The notes: generated by a model not told the origin, from the letters alone. DNA of 55,486 nucleotides from Thermoproteota archaeon (GCA_049700215.1 JBNAVT010000012.1:1-55486); one strand, 5' to 3'. Positions 1 through 10,441 are shown, counted from the first letter of the stretch. Numbers and translations are program-made.

Positions 1-1235
1 TAAAGCAGGTTTCTAGCAGCTTCAAGAGCAAGCTCCACATCCAAATAATCTTTTTCAACCAAATCGTTTAAAGTAATGGCCAACTGATGCTTAACCAGCT
101 GCGCCTTACCGAAGACCCACTCTGGAACCTGGGCATCGCTGAAAAACGCGCACCACTTGTTCACTGGCAGCATTTGAAGCTTCTCAACTGTTCTCTCCAT
201 CATTATGGAAGGATAGTATGAGTACCACCAGAAGCCTGATACGTAGACATTCCTGTAGTTTTTAGCAACCACGTCAAGCTCATGATTATGTGTCCTGCTC
301 GCAGATATAAGGTCGAAACTAACCTCCTTATACTTGTGAAACAATGGGCAGAGCGAGAGCAGCTGACTAGGCTCGTTGGCAACTATCGCGTAATCCGGTG
401 GGGAGGCTCCAACAACAGGTCTTTCAACACCCAACATTAATTGAAAAACAATCCCTCCGTCCCTAATCAACTTGAGAAACTCGTTCACTACAAAGGATAG
501 TAACGCATCTTTCTCCTCTATGGTCATCCTTCCTCCGGCTTCCACCCTCCGGATTGCATCCTCAACAAGTCCTTCTCTAGGGTCAATAATGATGTGTTCA
601 CTAGGGTTCAAGCTTATAGTGATCGTTGAAACACGGTTCTTAAACTTGTTGAATACTTCCGTCACAGCATCCCTCATGCTCCTGGCATTGTTTACTTTCA
701 GCGAGAGTATGTCTTCAAGCATTCTCAAGGATTCCTGCGAGATTTCCTTCGACATTCTTTCAAGCCGTAGAGAACCAGTGAAGAAAGAAGTGTCGAAAGT
801 TAAACCGGCATCTGTGAATTGTAGTGTTAGAAACGCTTTCTCGACCTTGACTCTTTCTTTCAGGAAACTGATGCCGTCGAAGTTTTTCTCAAAATCCGTG
901 AATTTGTCTTTAAGCAGAGGAAGATTTTTCTCAGTTAGCTCCTCGTTGAAATTAAAGAGGCTGAAAACCCTCCTTAAAGCCCAGAAGGTCGACGTGTTTC
1001 TCACGTTTTTAAGAAAGGGGATGATTCTTCTAACTCTCTCATCAGGATCTTCTAGATCAAGTATTTCTCTAGGCATTCCTGAGGAAGCAAGCTCGGTAGC
1101 AATGTAATGGTATAGGACTATTTCAGATAAATCCTTGGCTTTCAGTCTCATAGGATCCAGATGCGTATGAATATCTATCAGTGGAATGTCGGGAATCTCT
1201 TCAAAAATCTTAATGCATTTTTTCTCCTTCTCCAT
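1..1235 (-). CDS. uxaC: Uronate (glucuronate) isomerase-like amidohydrolase-fold protein, truncated by the window edge
   Basis: Not in the ORF track. Manual minus-strand translation from ATG 1235 gives MEKEKKCIKIFEEIPDIPLIDIHTHL (HxH metal motif)...LYHYIATEL...GFWWYSYYP...FFSDA..PEWVFGK, typical of the UxaC family. The frame runs off the window. Confidence 0.75.
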   Translation of the reverse strand, partial: MEKEKKCIKIFEEIPDIPLIDIHTHLDPMRLKAKDLSEIVLYHYIATELASSGMPREILDLEDPDERVRRIIPFLKNVRNTSTFWALRRVFSLFNFNEELTEKNLPLLKDKFTDFEKNFDGISFLKERVKVEKAFLTLQFTDAGLTFDTSFFTGSLRLERMSKEISQESLRMLEDILSLKVNNARSMRDAVTEVFNKFKNRVSTITISLNPSEHIIIDPREGLVEDAIRRVEAGGRMTIEEKDALLSFVVNEFLKLIRDGGIVFQLMLGVERPVVGASPPDYAIVANEPSQLLSLCPLFHKYKEVSFDLISASRTHNHELDVVAKNYRNVYVSGFWWYSYYPSIMMERTVEKLQMLPVNKWCAFFSDAQVPEWVFGKAQLVKHQLAITLNDLVEKDYLDVELALEAARNLL

Positions 1236-1328
1236 AATTCTGCGGAGAGACAGTAGGCTTATAAACGTTGTGATTTTTCCAATCACATCATTTATATACT
1301 GCTCCCGATTCATCCGCAACGATACGAG
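1236..1328. promoter_or_regulatory. Divergent archaeal promoter region
   Basis: CTTATAAA at about 1258-1265 (serves the minus-strand gene) and TTTATATA at 1291-1298 (about 30 nt before ATG 1329). Confidence 0.55.
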
Positions 1329-2381
1329 ATGGATGGAAAGAAAGTGAGAGTGGGAATAATCGGGTGCGGCGGGATTGCGGCTTCCCACGTCTCCGGCTAT
1401 TTGAAATCAGGTATGGCTGAGATAACTGCTTTCTCCGACAGCAGGGTTGAAAGAGCGAAGGCACTAGCTGAAAGGCTCGGCCTCAACCAGGCTAGTGTTT
1501 ATGAAAACTATGAAGACCTGTTGAAGGATAGGAGTGTTGATGCAGTAAGCATCTGTACGCCTCACCATCTGCATGCTGAAATAACGGTAAAGGCTGCGGA
1601 ATACTTTAAGCATGTTCTCTGCGAGAAACCAATAGCAATATCCCTAAAGCAGGCAGACGAGATGATTAGCGCGTGTAGAAAAAACGGCGTGAAGCTGGCA
1701 ATAGTTTTTCAAAACCGTTTCTCAAAGGATGTTCAAAGAGTAAAGAGAGAGTTTGAAAACGGGGCATTCGGAATCCCAGTATACGGGGAGGCCGTCGTAA
1801 AATGGTATCGTGAAGACAAGACTTACTACCATGCGGACGAGGTCGCAGAATCTTGGCGTGGGAAATGGGCCACCGAGGGCGGAGGGGCTTTGATAAACCA
1901 AACAATCCACCTGGTGGATCTTCTGCAATGGATAATGGGGCCAGTGGAATATCTCTATGGAATATACGATACCAGGATGCACAGTATTGAAACCGAGGAC
2001 ATCGCTGTTTCAATACTCCGGTTTAAGAGTGGCGCCATAGGCTATATTCTGGGGAGCGTCGACCTCCGGCCCCAAGAGGATTGGGTAGCCATATACGGTA
2101 GCAAAAAATCCGTCGTCATAGGGAGTGATAAAACTGTTGAAAAGGAGTGGGTTGAGGAAAGCGGGACAATCGTGAAGAAAGAAGGCGTGGAGGAAAGAAG
2201 GGAGACGGTAACCCCGTTCCTTGGCCACGACGAGACTGTTAGAGACTTTATTGAGTCAATACTGGAGGACAGGCCTCCCGCCGTGCCGGGTGAGGAAGCA
2301 AGGAAGTCGCTGGAGATTGTTCTAGCAATATACAGGGCTCATAGAACCGGGAGTAAAGTAACTCTCCCGCTCGTGGAGTAA
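1329..2381 (+). CDS. Gfo/Idh/MocA family NAD(P)-dependent oxidoreductase
   Basis: GIIGCGGIA Rossmann motif, HVLCEKP and GGGALINQTIH. Confidence 0.92.
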   Translation: MDGKKVRVGIIGCGGIAASHVSGYLKSGMAEITAFSDSRVERAKALAERLGLNQASVYENYEDLLKDRSVDAVSICTPHHLHAEITVKAAEYFKHVLCEKPIAISLKQADEMISACRKNGVKLAIVFQNRFSKDVQRVKREFENGAFGIPVYGEAVVKWYREDKTYYHADEVAESWRGKWATEGGGALINQTIHLVDLLQWIMGPVEYLYGIYDTRMHSIETEDIAVSILRFKSGAIGYILGSVDLRPQEDWVAIYGSKKSVVIGSDKTVEKEWVEESGTIVKKEGVEERRETVTPFLGHDETVRDFIESILEDRPPAVPGEEARKSLEIVLAIYRAHRTGSKVTLPLVE

Positions 2382-2397
2382 GGAGGTTATCTGAGGG

Positions 2398-3267
2398 TTG
2401 AATATTAGGTTTAAACCATCCTTCATAACGGACGAGGTTTCACAAGACCTGGATGAGGTTAGAGAATTCGCCAGAAGTTTCAACATAGATGCTATAGAGA
2501 TTAGGACAATACTTGACAAGGGTTTCCCGGAAATCCTCGGCGAGAAAAACGTGTTGAAAAGTTTTCTCCAGGATAATGGTTTAAAGGTTTGTGCAATCGC
2601 ATCCCCGACTTTCAAATGCGATATTGATTCATCAGAGGAATACGAGAAGCACCTGGAGATATTTAGAAGCGCGTTGGAGCTTGCCGGCCACTTGGACACT
2701 AGGCTGGTCAGGGCTTTCACGTTCTGGAGGAAAGGCAGGTATGAGGACTATAAGCAGACGATAATTGAGAAATTCGGGAAGATTGTTGAAATTGCTGAGG
2801 AGCAAGGCGTTACGATAATTGTTGAGAACGAGCCTTCAACCTTCGTCGGGAACGGGAGGAAACTGGCGGACTTCTTAAACTCCTTGGGCGCGAGGTCTGT
2901 GAAAGCGCTCTGGGACCCCGGCAACGAGCTGATGGATGAGGAGGGTGAAGATCCGTATCCAACCGGGTTTGACTACGTGAAGAAGTTCATAAGGCATGTG
3001 CATGTTAAAGACGGTGTTAGAGAGGGTTCTGAAACCAGGTTTCTGAAAGTCGGTGACGGCCAGGCTAAAATAGGGGAAAACCTGAGGGCCTTGAAGGAGA
3101 TGGAGTATGAAGGCTATGTTTCGCTTGAGACCCATTGGAGAGTGATGAAGAGCCTGGGGGAACCCATGCTGAGAACCCCTGGCGGAAAAGAGTTCAGCTC
3201 AGGCGCCTACGCCGCCTCATACGTCTCGATGCAGAGTTTGCTTGAGGTGATTTCCAGAATAGGTTAG
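2398..3267 (+). CDS. Sugar phosphate isomerase/epimerase (xylose isomerase-like TIM barrel)
   Basis: VENEP, WDPGN, HVHVKD and SLETH metal motifs. TTG start after GGAGG. Confidence 0.85.
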   Translation: MNIRFKPSFITDEVSQDLDEVREFARSFNIDAIEIRTILDKGFPEILGEKNVLKSFLQDNGLKVCAIASPTFKCDIDSSEEYEKHLEIFRSALELAGHLDTRLVRAFTFWRKGRYEDYKQTIIEKFGKIVEIAEEQGVTIIVENEPSTFVGNGRKLADFLNSLGARSVKALWDPGNELMDEEGEDPYPTGFDYVKKFIRHVHVKDGVREGSETRFLKVGDGQAKIGENLRALKEMEYEGYVSLETHWRVMKSLGEPMLRTPGGKEFSSGAYAASYVSMQSLLEVISRIG

Positions 3268-4040
3268 CCTGAATCTTTCTGAACCCTAGTCTCCATCTCA
3301 ACCAGGCTCTTAAACTGCTCAGTGCTCCAGGAGCGTGTCTCCCATCCTGACTCCCTGGAGCGTTTAACAAGGTTTTCCGCCTTTTCAAAATCGGTTTCGT
3401 ATATGTGATAGGAGTTTGAGAAATCCACGTATTCGCCTGGAACAATGGTTCTCCCAGTCCTCTTCGACAACTCTTCCGCCACGTTTTTCTGAAGCATTGT
3501 GAGAGCATAGATGTTCATGAAAGCCGCCTTCATAGCGTCCCTCGACCTCCAGCAGGTTTCCATTAGGAGGCTGTCTCCATAAACCCTTAGCCAAACCCTC
3601 TGAAGACATGGTGGATCATCAATCCTTGGGTCAACCCACGGCTTCCAGGTTATCGCCTGCGCTCTCCTGGAGTACGGTGTTTCCGACAGCTTTCTAACTA
3701 TGTAGTCTATCTGGTCAATCGTCTCGTTGCAACACTTGTAGGAGCGCAATCGTTCATGATAAGTATAGGGCCAGATTCCTCTCTCCACGTAGGAATCATG
3801 TATCCCCCTGCAAACCTCCTGAACGTATTCTTCAAGCTGTGAAAGCTTACCGACCATCAGCCCAGCCTTGTGGATTCTCGGCTCCGCTAAAGGCCTCCTT
3901 ATTACCATCAGCATCGTGCAGTCCCTGCTGTCGTTCCCGTATTCAGTCCTAATGTTCACACCCTTGCTCCAGAGCTCGATTATCGACTTCTCCCAAACCT
4001 CCGGCAGACAGCCTCCTTCAACAACCACCACAGGATGCAT
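3264..4040 (-). CDS. thyA: Archaeal-type thymidylate synthase
   Basis: YTYHERL, SRRA, catalytic PPCL, WRSRD...N (dUMP-specifying Asn) and SYHIY. Confidence 0.82.
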   Translation of the reverse strand: MHPVVVVEGGCLPEVWEKSIIELWSKGVNIRTEYGNDSRDCTMLMVIRRPLAEPRIHKAGLMVGKLSQLEEYVQEVCRGIHDSYVERGIWPYTYHERLRSYKCCNETIDQIDYIVRKLSETPYSRRAQAITWKPWVDPRIDDPPCLQRVWLRVYGDSLLMETCWRSRDAMKAAFMNIYALTMLQKNVAEELSKRTGRTIVPGEYVDFSNSYHIYETDFEKAENLVKRSRESGWETRSWSTEQFKSLVEMETRVQKDSG

Positions 4041-4195
4041 AAGGTCCAGGTTCCTCGAGAAAATATAAGCGTTTAGGGGGTACGCTTGAGAAAAACCTCT
4101 TAGTCAACAGGTTTTTCAAGCATGATATCTGGTTTTCTCTATTGTTCAACACGCTGTTCTTAAAACTTATTAGCTGAAAACTAAAACGCTACTCA

Positions 4196-5422
4196 TTGGA
4201 CTCTAGAACCAGGGTTCTGACGGCGCTGAGGCATGAGGAGCCGGACAGGGTTCCAATAGACTTAGGCTCAATGCCCTCCACCGGTATAATGGCTATAGCG
4301 TACGCGAAGCTGAAGAAACACCTCGGGTTGCAGAAGGGTGTTGTAAGGGTCTACGATATTGGCCAGCAGTTGGCGGAGCCCGAGAGAGAAATCATCGACA
4401 TGTTCAAGGTTGACGTGGTTTCTCTGGCTAGGACGCTCGACCCCTGTGGACCAGGAGGCGGTAGCTGGAAGAAATGGGTTTTACCAGATGGAACAAGGTG
4501 TGAAGCCCCCTCCTGGTTTAACCCTGAGCCGGATGGCGCAGGCGGATGGGTTATTAAAAACGAGAGGGGAATCGTGACTTCGAAAATGCCTCGGGGAAGC
4601 CTATACTTTGACAGTCTTTATCATCCCCTTGAGAAAACGGGGGATCCTGAAGCGCTAGAAAACTATGATTGGGACAGCCACAGGGTTAGTGACGAGTATG
4701 TTTCAAACCTGAGGAGGAAGGCGGAGAGTCTTTACAGCAACACGGGTTTCACTATCCACTTTTTCGGCGCTGGAAGCGTCCACGAGTGGGGCCAGGGTTT
4801 AAGAGGATGGTCGAACTGGCTTATAGACCTTTCATCGAGGAGAAGCCTAGCCTCGAAAATGCTGGATAGGATGATGGATGTTTTAACTCATAATTTGAAG
4901 AAATACGTTGAAGCCTTGAAGGATTACGTGCAGATAATCGGCTTCGGGGATGACTTGGGTGTGCAAACAGGCCCCCAAGTGCCGCCGAAAACATACAGGG
5001 AGCTCTTAAAGCCTTGCCACAGGGAGCTTTTTCAATACGTGAAGAAGCATTCGAGAATGTTCGTCTTCCTCCACTCCTGCGGCTCAATACACGTTCTTAT
5101 CCCGGATCTGATAGACGCGGGCGTCGACATACTGAACCCTGTTCAAATCTCTGCGAGAAACATGGAGCCAGAGAGGTTGATGAAAGAGTTCGGCGACCAG
5201 GTTGCTTTCTGGGGAGGAGGCGTAGATACTCAAAACGTGTTCCACGTCGGGAGCCCGGAGGAGGTTTACAAGCATGTGAAAAAGAATATTCTGGTTTTCG
5301 CAAGGAATGGTGGATACGTTTTCAACCAGGTTCACAATATTCAGGCCAACGTGCCTCCTGAAAACATTCTCGCCGCCTACAGGTCAGCCTATGAAAACGG
5401 CTTCTACCCTTTAAACCCGTAG
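4196..5422 (+). CDS. Uroporphyrinogen decarboxylase/MtaA-CmuA methyltransferase family protein
   Basis: HEEPDRVP, GDDLG.Q, FLHSCG, LNPVQ, FWGGGVDTQ and GGYVFNQVHNI. Confidence 0.85.
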   Translation: MDSRTRVLTALRHEEPDRVPIDLGSMPSTGIMAIAYAKLKKHLGLQKGVVRVYDIGQQLAEPEREIIDMFKVDVVSLARTLDPCGPGGGSWKKWVLPDGTRCEAPSWFNPEPDGAGGWVIKNERGIVTSKMPRGSLYFDSLYHPLEKTGDPEALENYDWDSHRVSDEYVSNLRRKAESLYSNTGFTIHFFGAGSVHEWGQGLRGWSNWLIDLSSRRSLASKMLDRMMDVLTHNLKKYVEALKDYVQIIGFGDDLGVQTGPQVPPKTYRELLKPCHRELFQYVKKHSRMFVFLHSCGSIHVLIPDLIDAGVDILNPVQISARNMEPERLMKEFGDQVAFWGGGVDTQNVFHVGSPEEVYKHVKKNILVFARNGGYVFNQVHNIQANVPPENILAAYRSAYENGFYPLNP

Positions 5423-5464
5423 GCTCCCCATCTGTTTGAAGCATTTCTTGCAAGGGGTTGGAAA

Positions 5465-6538
5465 CTATTTTAGTCTAATGCAGAAATCCTCCATGGCTTG
5501 ACACAGAGCCTCGACGTTTTCCAACGGAACATCCGGCCCGATTTCCCCCTTCATCATTAAGCCGCCCTCGGGCAAATACAGTTTTTCCACGCTCTCCCTA
5601 ACCACTCTACGAATATCCCGGGGGCTGCAGAATGGGAGTGTCTGCCTGTCTAAGTCAAGGTCGACGCAGAGCTTGCCCCCATATGCTCTGGCAATCCCGT
5701 CCAGCGTGTTCGCGCGGAGCTGCGGGTCGTGCACGGAAACCCCGCATTCAACCAGGTCGTTGACAATATCGAGCAGCCGCCCGTCGGAAGAGAGATAAAC
5801 GTGGACGCCCGCATTCCTGCATTTGGTGAAAAGCTTTTTAAACATGGGTTTAACGTATCTACGGAACTTCGCTGGGCTTATCATTAAACCGTTCTGCGTC
5901 CCAATGTCTGTGTGAAAGCTGATGACGTCAACACCTATTTCAAGCCACTTTTCAACGAGCTTCATCTCATGATCCATGAGCATATCTATCAACCTTGGAA
6001 GACGAGGATCATCCGTGACAATATCCACCATCAGGTTTCTAAAGCCCCTTAAGAAGTATAGACGGTCGAAAAGGCGTTCCCCGTCGCCGACCCTCAGAAG
6101 ACCCTTCTCCCTGCGCTCCGCAAAAACCTTCTTAACATGAACCCAATACTCTTTACCCCTCTCCCCCCTCTCCATCTTCTCAAGAGGATTGGGCGGCTGG
6201 TAGTTTTCCAAAGCATTCCAGTCGGCTAACGGGTGTCCAACAACCTGCCCCTCTAAACCCTCTCGCACAGTGTGCCAAACGCATCCCCAGTTATCCGTGA
6301 AATAGCCCTGGCGATAAACAGGAGGCATGTCGTCAAAATTCCTACTGCCCTTCTCATACTTGCCGAAGATAAGCGGGTGTCTAACTAGAACCTCCTCAAG
6401 CTTCTCTCTATATTTTTTCCAGACACCGGGTAGAAAGTTAACCCCGCATGGTATCCACTCCGGGTAACGATATTCTAAAGCCTTCAAATAGTTTTCTCTG
6501 ATATCCTTGTTCGGGTAACCTAGCTCCAAAGCCTTCAA
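5465..6538 (-). CDS. UroD/MtaA family protein
   Basis: DNWGCVW, HPLADW, LRGFRNLM.D, TDIGTQ, DLDRQ and DVPLENVEA. Confidence 0.82.
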   Translation of the reverse strand: MKALELGYPNKDIRENYLKALEYRYPEWIPCGVNFLPGVWKKYREKLEEVLVRHPLIFGKYEKGSRNFDDMPPVYRQGYFTDNWGCVWHTVREGLEGQVVGHPLADWNALENYQPPNPLEKMERGERGKEYWVHVKKVFAERREKGLLRVGDGERLFDRLYFLRGFRNLMVDIVTDDPRLPRLIDMLMDHEMKLVEKWLEIGVDVISFHTDIGTQNGLMISPAKFRRYVKPMFKKLFTKCRNAGVHVYLSSDGRLLDIVNDLVECGVSVHDPQLRANTLDGIARAYGGKLCVDLDLDRQTLPFCSPRDIRRVVRESVEKLYLPEGGLMMKGEIGPDVPLENVEALCQAMEDFCIRLK

Positions 6539-6650
6539 TAATCCTCATAAAACCTTTAAGGTCTTTAATAAGATTTATCCGTGGTCTTTCCAATGAATTT
6601 ATGTGGCTGGTTAATGGGGAAATCTTTATAAGCTGTTAAAACGTCAATTT

Positions 6651-8042
6651 ATGTTATTGAGAATGAGAAAAACGATGTTATGCAGCATGATGTTCTTAAT
6701 AGTTTTGATAATCACGTGTTTAAACGTTCCACACGTGCGTCTCCTAATTGTTCACGGCGAGGAAGAGAGGGTCGAGGTGGTTTTCCAAGCTTCCGACGAT
6801 ACATATATCGACCAAGAGAACCCTGATGCTTCTTATGGTTCAAGCGAGTATCTTAAAGTAAGGTCGCTAGCGTCCAAGAATGCGAGAACCTGTGTTTTCT
6901 TCAATCTCTCCACGGTTCCTCCAGGGGCCTCTGTGCTAAGCGCGAAACTCTTCCTATACCTTTCAAAGCCCCCGGCCTCGGAAAGAACCTATCTTTGCTA
7001 CAGGTTAAACTCAGCCTGGGATGAGAACTCACTAACATGGAATAGGAAGCCCGGTTCCTCGTCGACGTTCGCCGCTTCATCCACCGTCTCCACACAACCC
7101 GGATGGGTGGTTTGGGATGTTAGAGAACAGGTTCAGAAGTTTCTAAACGGTATAGGGGAGCATGCGTGGATAAACTTCGGCTGGGAGATATTTGATGGCT
7201 CAGAGGACTCTCAGGAGGTTCAGGAAGCGTTTTTCGCTTCGAGTGAATCCGGGGAGCAGGATAAGAGGCCTTATCTAGCCATACAGTTTACGCCTCCGAG
7301 GCTCAACGTTACAGTGGGCACGCCTCTCGCAGCCGGCGAATGGGTTGGCTTAACGATTAAGAGGCTTTCGCAGGACGGTATACTCGTCACAAGGGGGGAC
7401 AGAATATTTAAGCAGGACTGGATTAACATAGGTTCAACAACCGTAAGGCTTTCAACGTCCTCTGGAACAGGAGTCTTCTCCCTGACCCCTGGTGGCGAGC
7501 CCGTGGACAGTGTGGTTATAAGAGATGGGGAGATGCAGGCTGTTGTCTATTACCGGGACACTACCCTGGGTAATCATACGCTTAGCGTTTCTGTGGAAGG
7601 CTATCCTTCAGGATACTATGTAGGAGGATCCCTACAGATTACTGTGGTGGCGGGTAACTATTCTCTGGAGATAGCGTCTGTTTCTATAACCCCGGAAAAC
7701 CCTGTCATGGGCGACATTATCAAGGTATCTGCGGTAGTATCAAGCATCGGTGTAGGCGTTAAGGAAGTGGCTTTATACTACTCTACTGATGGCGGGGCAA
7801 GCTGGACTAAACTAGTGATGGGCTTTTCAGGGGGAAGGTATGAGGTGTACATACCGGGTCAAAACGCTTTCACAGAGGTGTCATACTATGTGGAGGCAAG
7901 GGATCAAAAGGATAACACGGTTAAAACCGATATATCCACGGTGTCAGTCGGACTGCCAGACTGGGTTTTCCTAGTCATCGCGGCTGTAGTAATCGCCGCT
8001 ATAATTGGGTTCCTGGGTATTAGAAGAACTAGAAAGAAATAG
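6651..8042 (+). CDS. Membrane-anchored surface protein with DNRLRE (CBM96-like) domain and Ig-like domains
   Basis: N-terminal hydrophobic signal. DDTYI..ENPD..YG, F.LS.VP.GA.V.SAKL.LY, WDENSLTWN and RPYL motifs. C-terminal TM helix followed by RRTRKK. Confidence 0.78.
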   Translation: MLLRMRKTMLCSMMFLIVLIITCLNVPHVRLLIVHGEEERVEVVFQASDDTYIDQENPDASYGSSEYLKVRSLASKNARTCVFFNLSTVPPGASVLSAKLFLYLSKPPASERTYLCYRLNSAWDENSLTWNRKPGSSSTFAASSTVSTQPGWVVWDVREQVQKFLNGIGEHAWINFGWEIFDGSEDSQEVQEAFFASSESGEQDKRPYLAIQFTPPRLNVTVGTPLAAGEWVGLTIKRLSQDGILVTRGDRIFKQDWINIGSTTVRLSTSSGTGVFSLTPGGEPVDSVVIRDGEMQAVVYYRDTTLGNHTLSVSVEGYPSGYYVGGSLQITVVAGNYSLEIASVSITPENPVMGDIIKVSAVVSSIGVGVKEVALYYSTDGGASWTKLVMGFSGGRYEVYIPGQNAFTEVSYYVEARDQKDNTVKTDISTVSVGLPDWVFLVIAAVVIAAIIGFLGIRRTRKK

Positions 8043-8063
8043 TGATTAATTCCTTTTTAAAGA

Positions 8064-8264
8064 TTATCTGTTAATCGACACTGCTTTCATCTCCCTTCTT
8101 ATTTCCAGGGAAACCACGATTATGAACACTACTAGAATGGTTATGCCGATTAACGCTATGTAGAACTCTCCTGAACCTACTGTTGTAAATGGTAATGCTA
8201 TTAAATCGAGAACTAGGAAAACCATGGCTAGGTTGAGGACTAGTCTCCCAGTATTCGGGTCCAT
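8064..8264 (-). CDS. Small two-TM membrane protein
   Basis: Two hydrophobic helices. Minus-strand TTTATAT box about 25 nt upstream of the ATG. Confidence 0.65.
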   Translation of the reverse strand: MDPNTGRLVLNLAMVFLVLDLIALPFTTVGSGEFYIALIGITILVVFIIVVSLEIRREMKAVSINR

Positions 8265-8369
8265 CGTAGCTTGGCCGCCGGGTCTACATATAAACGTTGC
8301 CTTTTATTAGGCTTAATGTTTGACGGCTTAAGATTTATTAGTATCTCTCTTTCCGTCGCACATGGACTC

Positions 8370-9365
8370 TTGACATCGGCCGCGGGGAAAAGCAGAGAGA
8401 TACTGTTAAGCATAAGAGGGCTTACGGTGGAGTTCAGAGTTCCACGGGGAATATTGAGGGCTGTGGATAATCTTGACTTGGATGTTTACAATGATGAGGT
8501 TCTCGGCCTGGTGGGCGAGAGCGGCTGTGGGAAATCGGTTTTAGCGCATACAATACTGAGGATAGTTGACCCTAACGGGCGTATCGCGGGCGGGAAAATA
8601 GTGTTTCAGGGAAAGGATATTCTGGGCATGAGCAAGGAGGAGCTTAGACGTTTCAGGTGGAAGGAGATAGCGATAGTTTTCCAAGGAGCCTTCAATTCTT
8701 TCAATCCTGTCATCAGGATTTTCGAACACATGCTTGACACCACTTACGCTCATGATGAAAAGGCTAGCAAGGAGGAAATAGTTAAGCGGTCGAAGGAGCT
8801 TATGCGTATGGTTAGGCTTGATCCTGATGCTGTTCTCGAAAGATATCCGCATGAGTTAAGCGGCGGGATGAAGCAGCGCGCCGTGGCCTCGATGGCGATG
8901 CTCCTTGATCCTAAGCTCCTTATTCTGGACGAGCCATTCTCCGCCCTAGACGTGCTCACGCAGAAATTCTTCATGAAGACTCTTGTCGACATTAGGCGGG
9001 AAACAAGGAAGTCAATGATATTCATAACTCACGACTTGGCACAGGTGGCTGAGATCGCGGACAGGGTTGCCGTAATGTATGGGGGCGTGATAGTTGAGGC
9101 TGCCAGCGTGGAAGATATTTTCTACAAGCCGAGGCACCCATATACGAGAGCCCTGCTTAAAGCTATCCCAAGTATTGTTGGAAGCATTGATGAGCTTAAG
9201 CCTCTTCCGGGTCCGCTACCGGACCCTGTCAACCCCCCACCGGGATGCGAGTTCCACCCGCGGTGCCCGCATAGGATTGAGATTTGCTCAAGGGTAAGGC
9301 CGAAACTCGAGCAGGTGGATGATGTTTCACTGGTGGCATGCCACAGGTGGCGTGAGCTGAATTGA
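8370..9365 (+). CDS. oppD: Oligopeptide/oligosaccharide ABC transporter ATP-binding subunit
   Basis: GESGCGKS, YPHELSGGMKQR, LILDEP and C-terminal HPYT...GC.FHPRC. The ORF begins at 8271, but TTG 8370 is the more plausible start. Confidence 0.92.
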   Translation: MTSAAGKSREILLSIRGLTVEFRVPRGILRAVDNLDLDVYNDEVLGLVGESGCGKSVLAHTILRIVDPNGRIAGGKIVFQGKDILGMSKEELRRFRWKEIAIVFQGAFNSFNPVIRIFEHMLDTTYAHDEKASKEEIVKRSKELMRMVRLDPDAVLERYPHELSGGMKQRAVASMAMLLDPKLLILDEPFSALDVLTQKFFMKTLVDIRRETRKSMIFITHDLAQVAEIADRVAVMYGGVIVEAASVEDIFYKPRHPYTRALLKAIPSIVGSIDELKPLPGPLPDPVNPPPGCEFHPRCPHRIEICSRVRPKLEQVDDVSLVACHRWRELN

Positions 9366-10366
9366 GCGAAGAATCCCTTTTAAAAATAATTAACGTAACT
9401 AAGGAGTTTGTTAAAGGCGGTTTATTCTCCTCGAAGAGGGCTGTGAGGGCTGTCGACAGTGTTTCGCTTGAAATAGGTAGGGTTGAAAACGTGGCGCTCG
9501 TCGGAGAAAGCGGGTGTGGAAAAAGCACTCTCGGCAAGCTGACGCTGGGGCTTTTGAAACCAGACTCTGGGCAGATACTGTTTGAAGGCAGAGACATCTG
9601 GACTCTTAAGAAGGAGGAGTTTTCAAACTTCAGGAGGAACGCTCAGATAATCCACCAAGACCCGTATACAAGTCTCAACCCTGTCCGAACTATTTTCCAA
9701 TCCCTAGCTCCTCCGCTGATCAGGAACAAGGAGGTGCCTGACTCTAAAGCTGCCTACGAAAGGCTGAAGGAGCTGCTCACCATGGTGGGGCTAACGCCTC
9801 CTGAAGACTTTCTCAACAGGTACCCTGCGAGGATGAGCGGTGGACAGATGCAGAGAATAATACTTGCACGAGCGGTTTCGCTAAGCCCTAAATATGTCGT
9901 TGCAGACGAGGCGGTTTCAATGCTCGACGCCTCCCTAAGGCTTGGGGCTGTTGACCTGATGCTTGAGCTTCAGAAGAAATTCGGAATGTCTTATCTTTTC
10001 ATCACGCACGATCTTGGGATAGCTAGATATTTCATTCTTAAGGGTCGCGGTAAGATCGCCATGATGTACTTGGGAAGCATTGTTGAAGCTGGAGAAGGCG
10101 ACTCAGTGATACAGAAGCCCATACATCCTTACACTCAGGTAATGATGACAGCTATATCTGTGCCAGACCCAAAGCTAACCAGGAGCAGACCGCTTCCAAG
10201 TCTTAGGAGCCTCGAGGTTCCTAGGCTTGAGCAGGTTCCGAGTGGCTGCAAGTTCCACCCGCGCTGCCCGTATGCTGAGAAGATTTGCGAGGAAAAAGTT
10301 CCTGAGCTTAGAGCTTTCGATTCAAGACTGGTTGCGTGCCATTTTGCCGAAAGATTTATAGACTAG
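9362..10366 (+). CDS. oppF: ABC transporter ATP-binding subunit
   Basis: GESGCGKST, MSGGQMQR, VADE, HPYT and Cys-rich tail. 4-nt overlap with oppD. Confidence 0.92.
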   Translation: MSEESLLKIINVTKEFVKGGLFSSKRAVRAVDSVSLEIGRVENVALVGESGCGKSTLGKLTLGLLKPDSGQILFEGRDIWTLKKEEFSNFRRNAQIIHQDPYTSLNPVRTIFQSLAPPLIRNKEVPDSKAAYERLKELLTMVGLTPPEDFLNRYPARMSGGQMQRIILARAVSLSPKYVVADEAVSMLDASLRLGAVDLMLELQKKFGMSYLFITHDLGIARYFILKGRGKIAMMYLGSIVEAGEGDSVIQKPIHPYTQVMMTAISVPDPKLTRSRPLPSLRSLEVPRLEQVPSGCKFHPRCPYAEKICEEKVPELRAFDSRLVACHFAERFID

Positions 10367-10394
10367 ACACTAATTAGGATTTATTAACCACCTT

Positions 10395-10436
10395 AAAAAC
10401 TTATATAGTGCTTAAATCTTTCTTCTTAGCGGTGAA
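10395..10436 (+). promoter_or_regulatory. Internal promoter (BRE/TATA) and GGTGA RBS for the substrate-binding gene
   Basis: AAAAACTTATATA at about 10395-10407 and GGTGA at 10431-10435, before ATG 10442. Confidence 0.5.
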
Positions 10437-10441
10437 AAAAT

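Noticed and set aside
472-1107. 211-aa plus-strand ORF
   Set aside because: Ser-rich antisense shadow of the minus-strand uronate isomerase gene.
3264-4040. Possible phage-type dCMP hydroxymethylase / DNA-modification gene
   Set aside because: It retains the dUMP-specifying Asn and has no viral or modification genes nearby, so an ordinary archaeal ThyA is the simpler reading.
8271-8369. N-terminal extension of oppD
   Set aside because: It covers the divergent promoter region and shows no ABC similarity, so the later TTG start is preferred.
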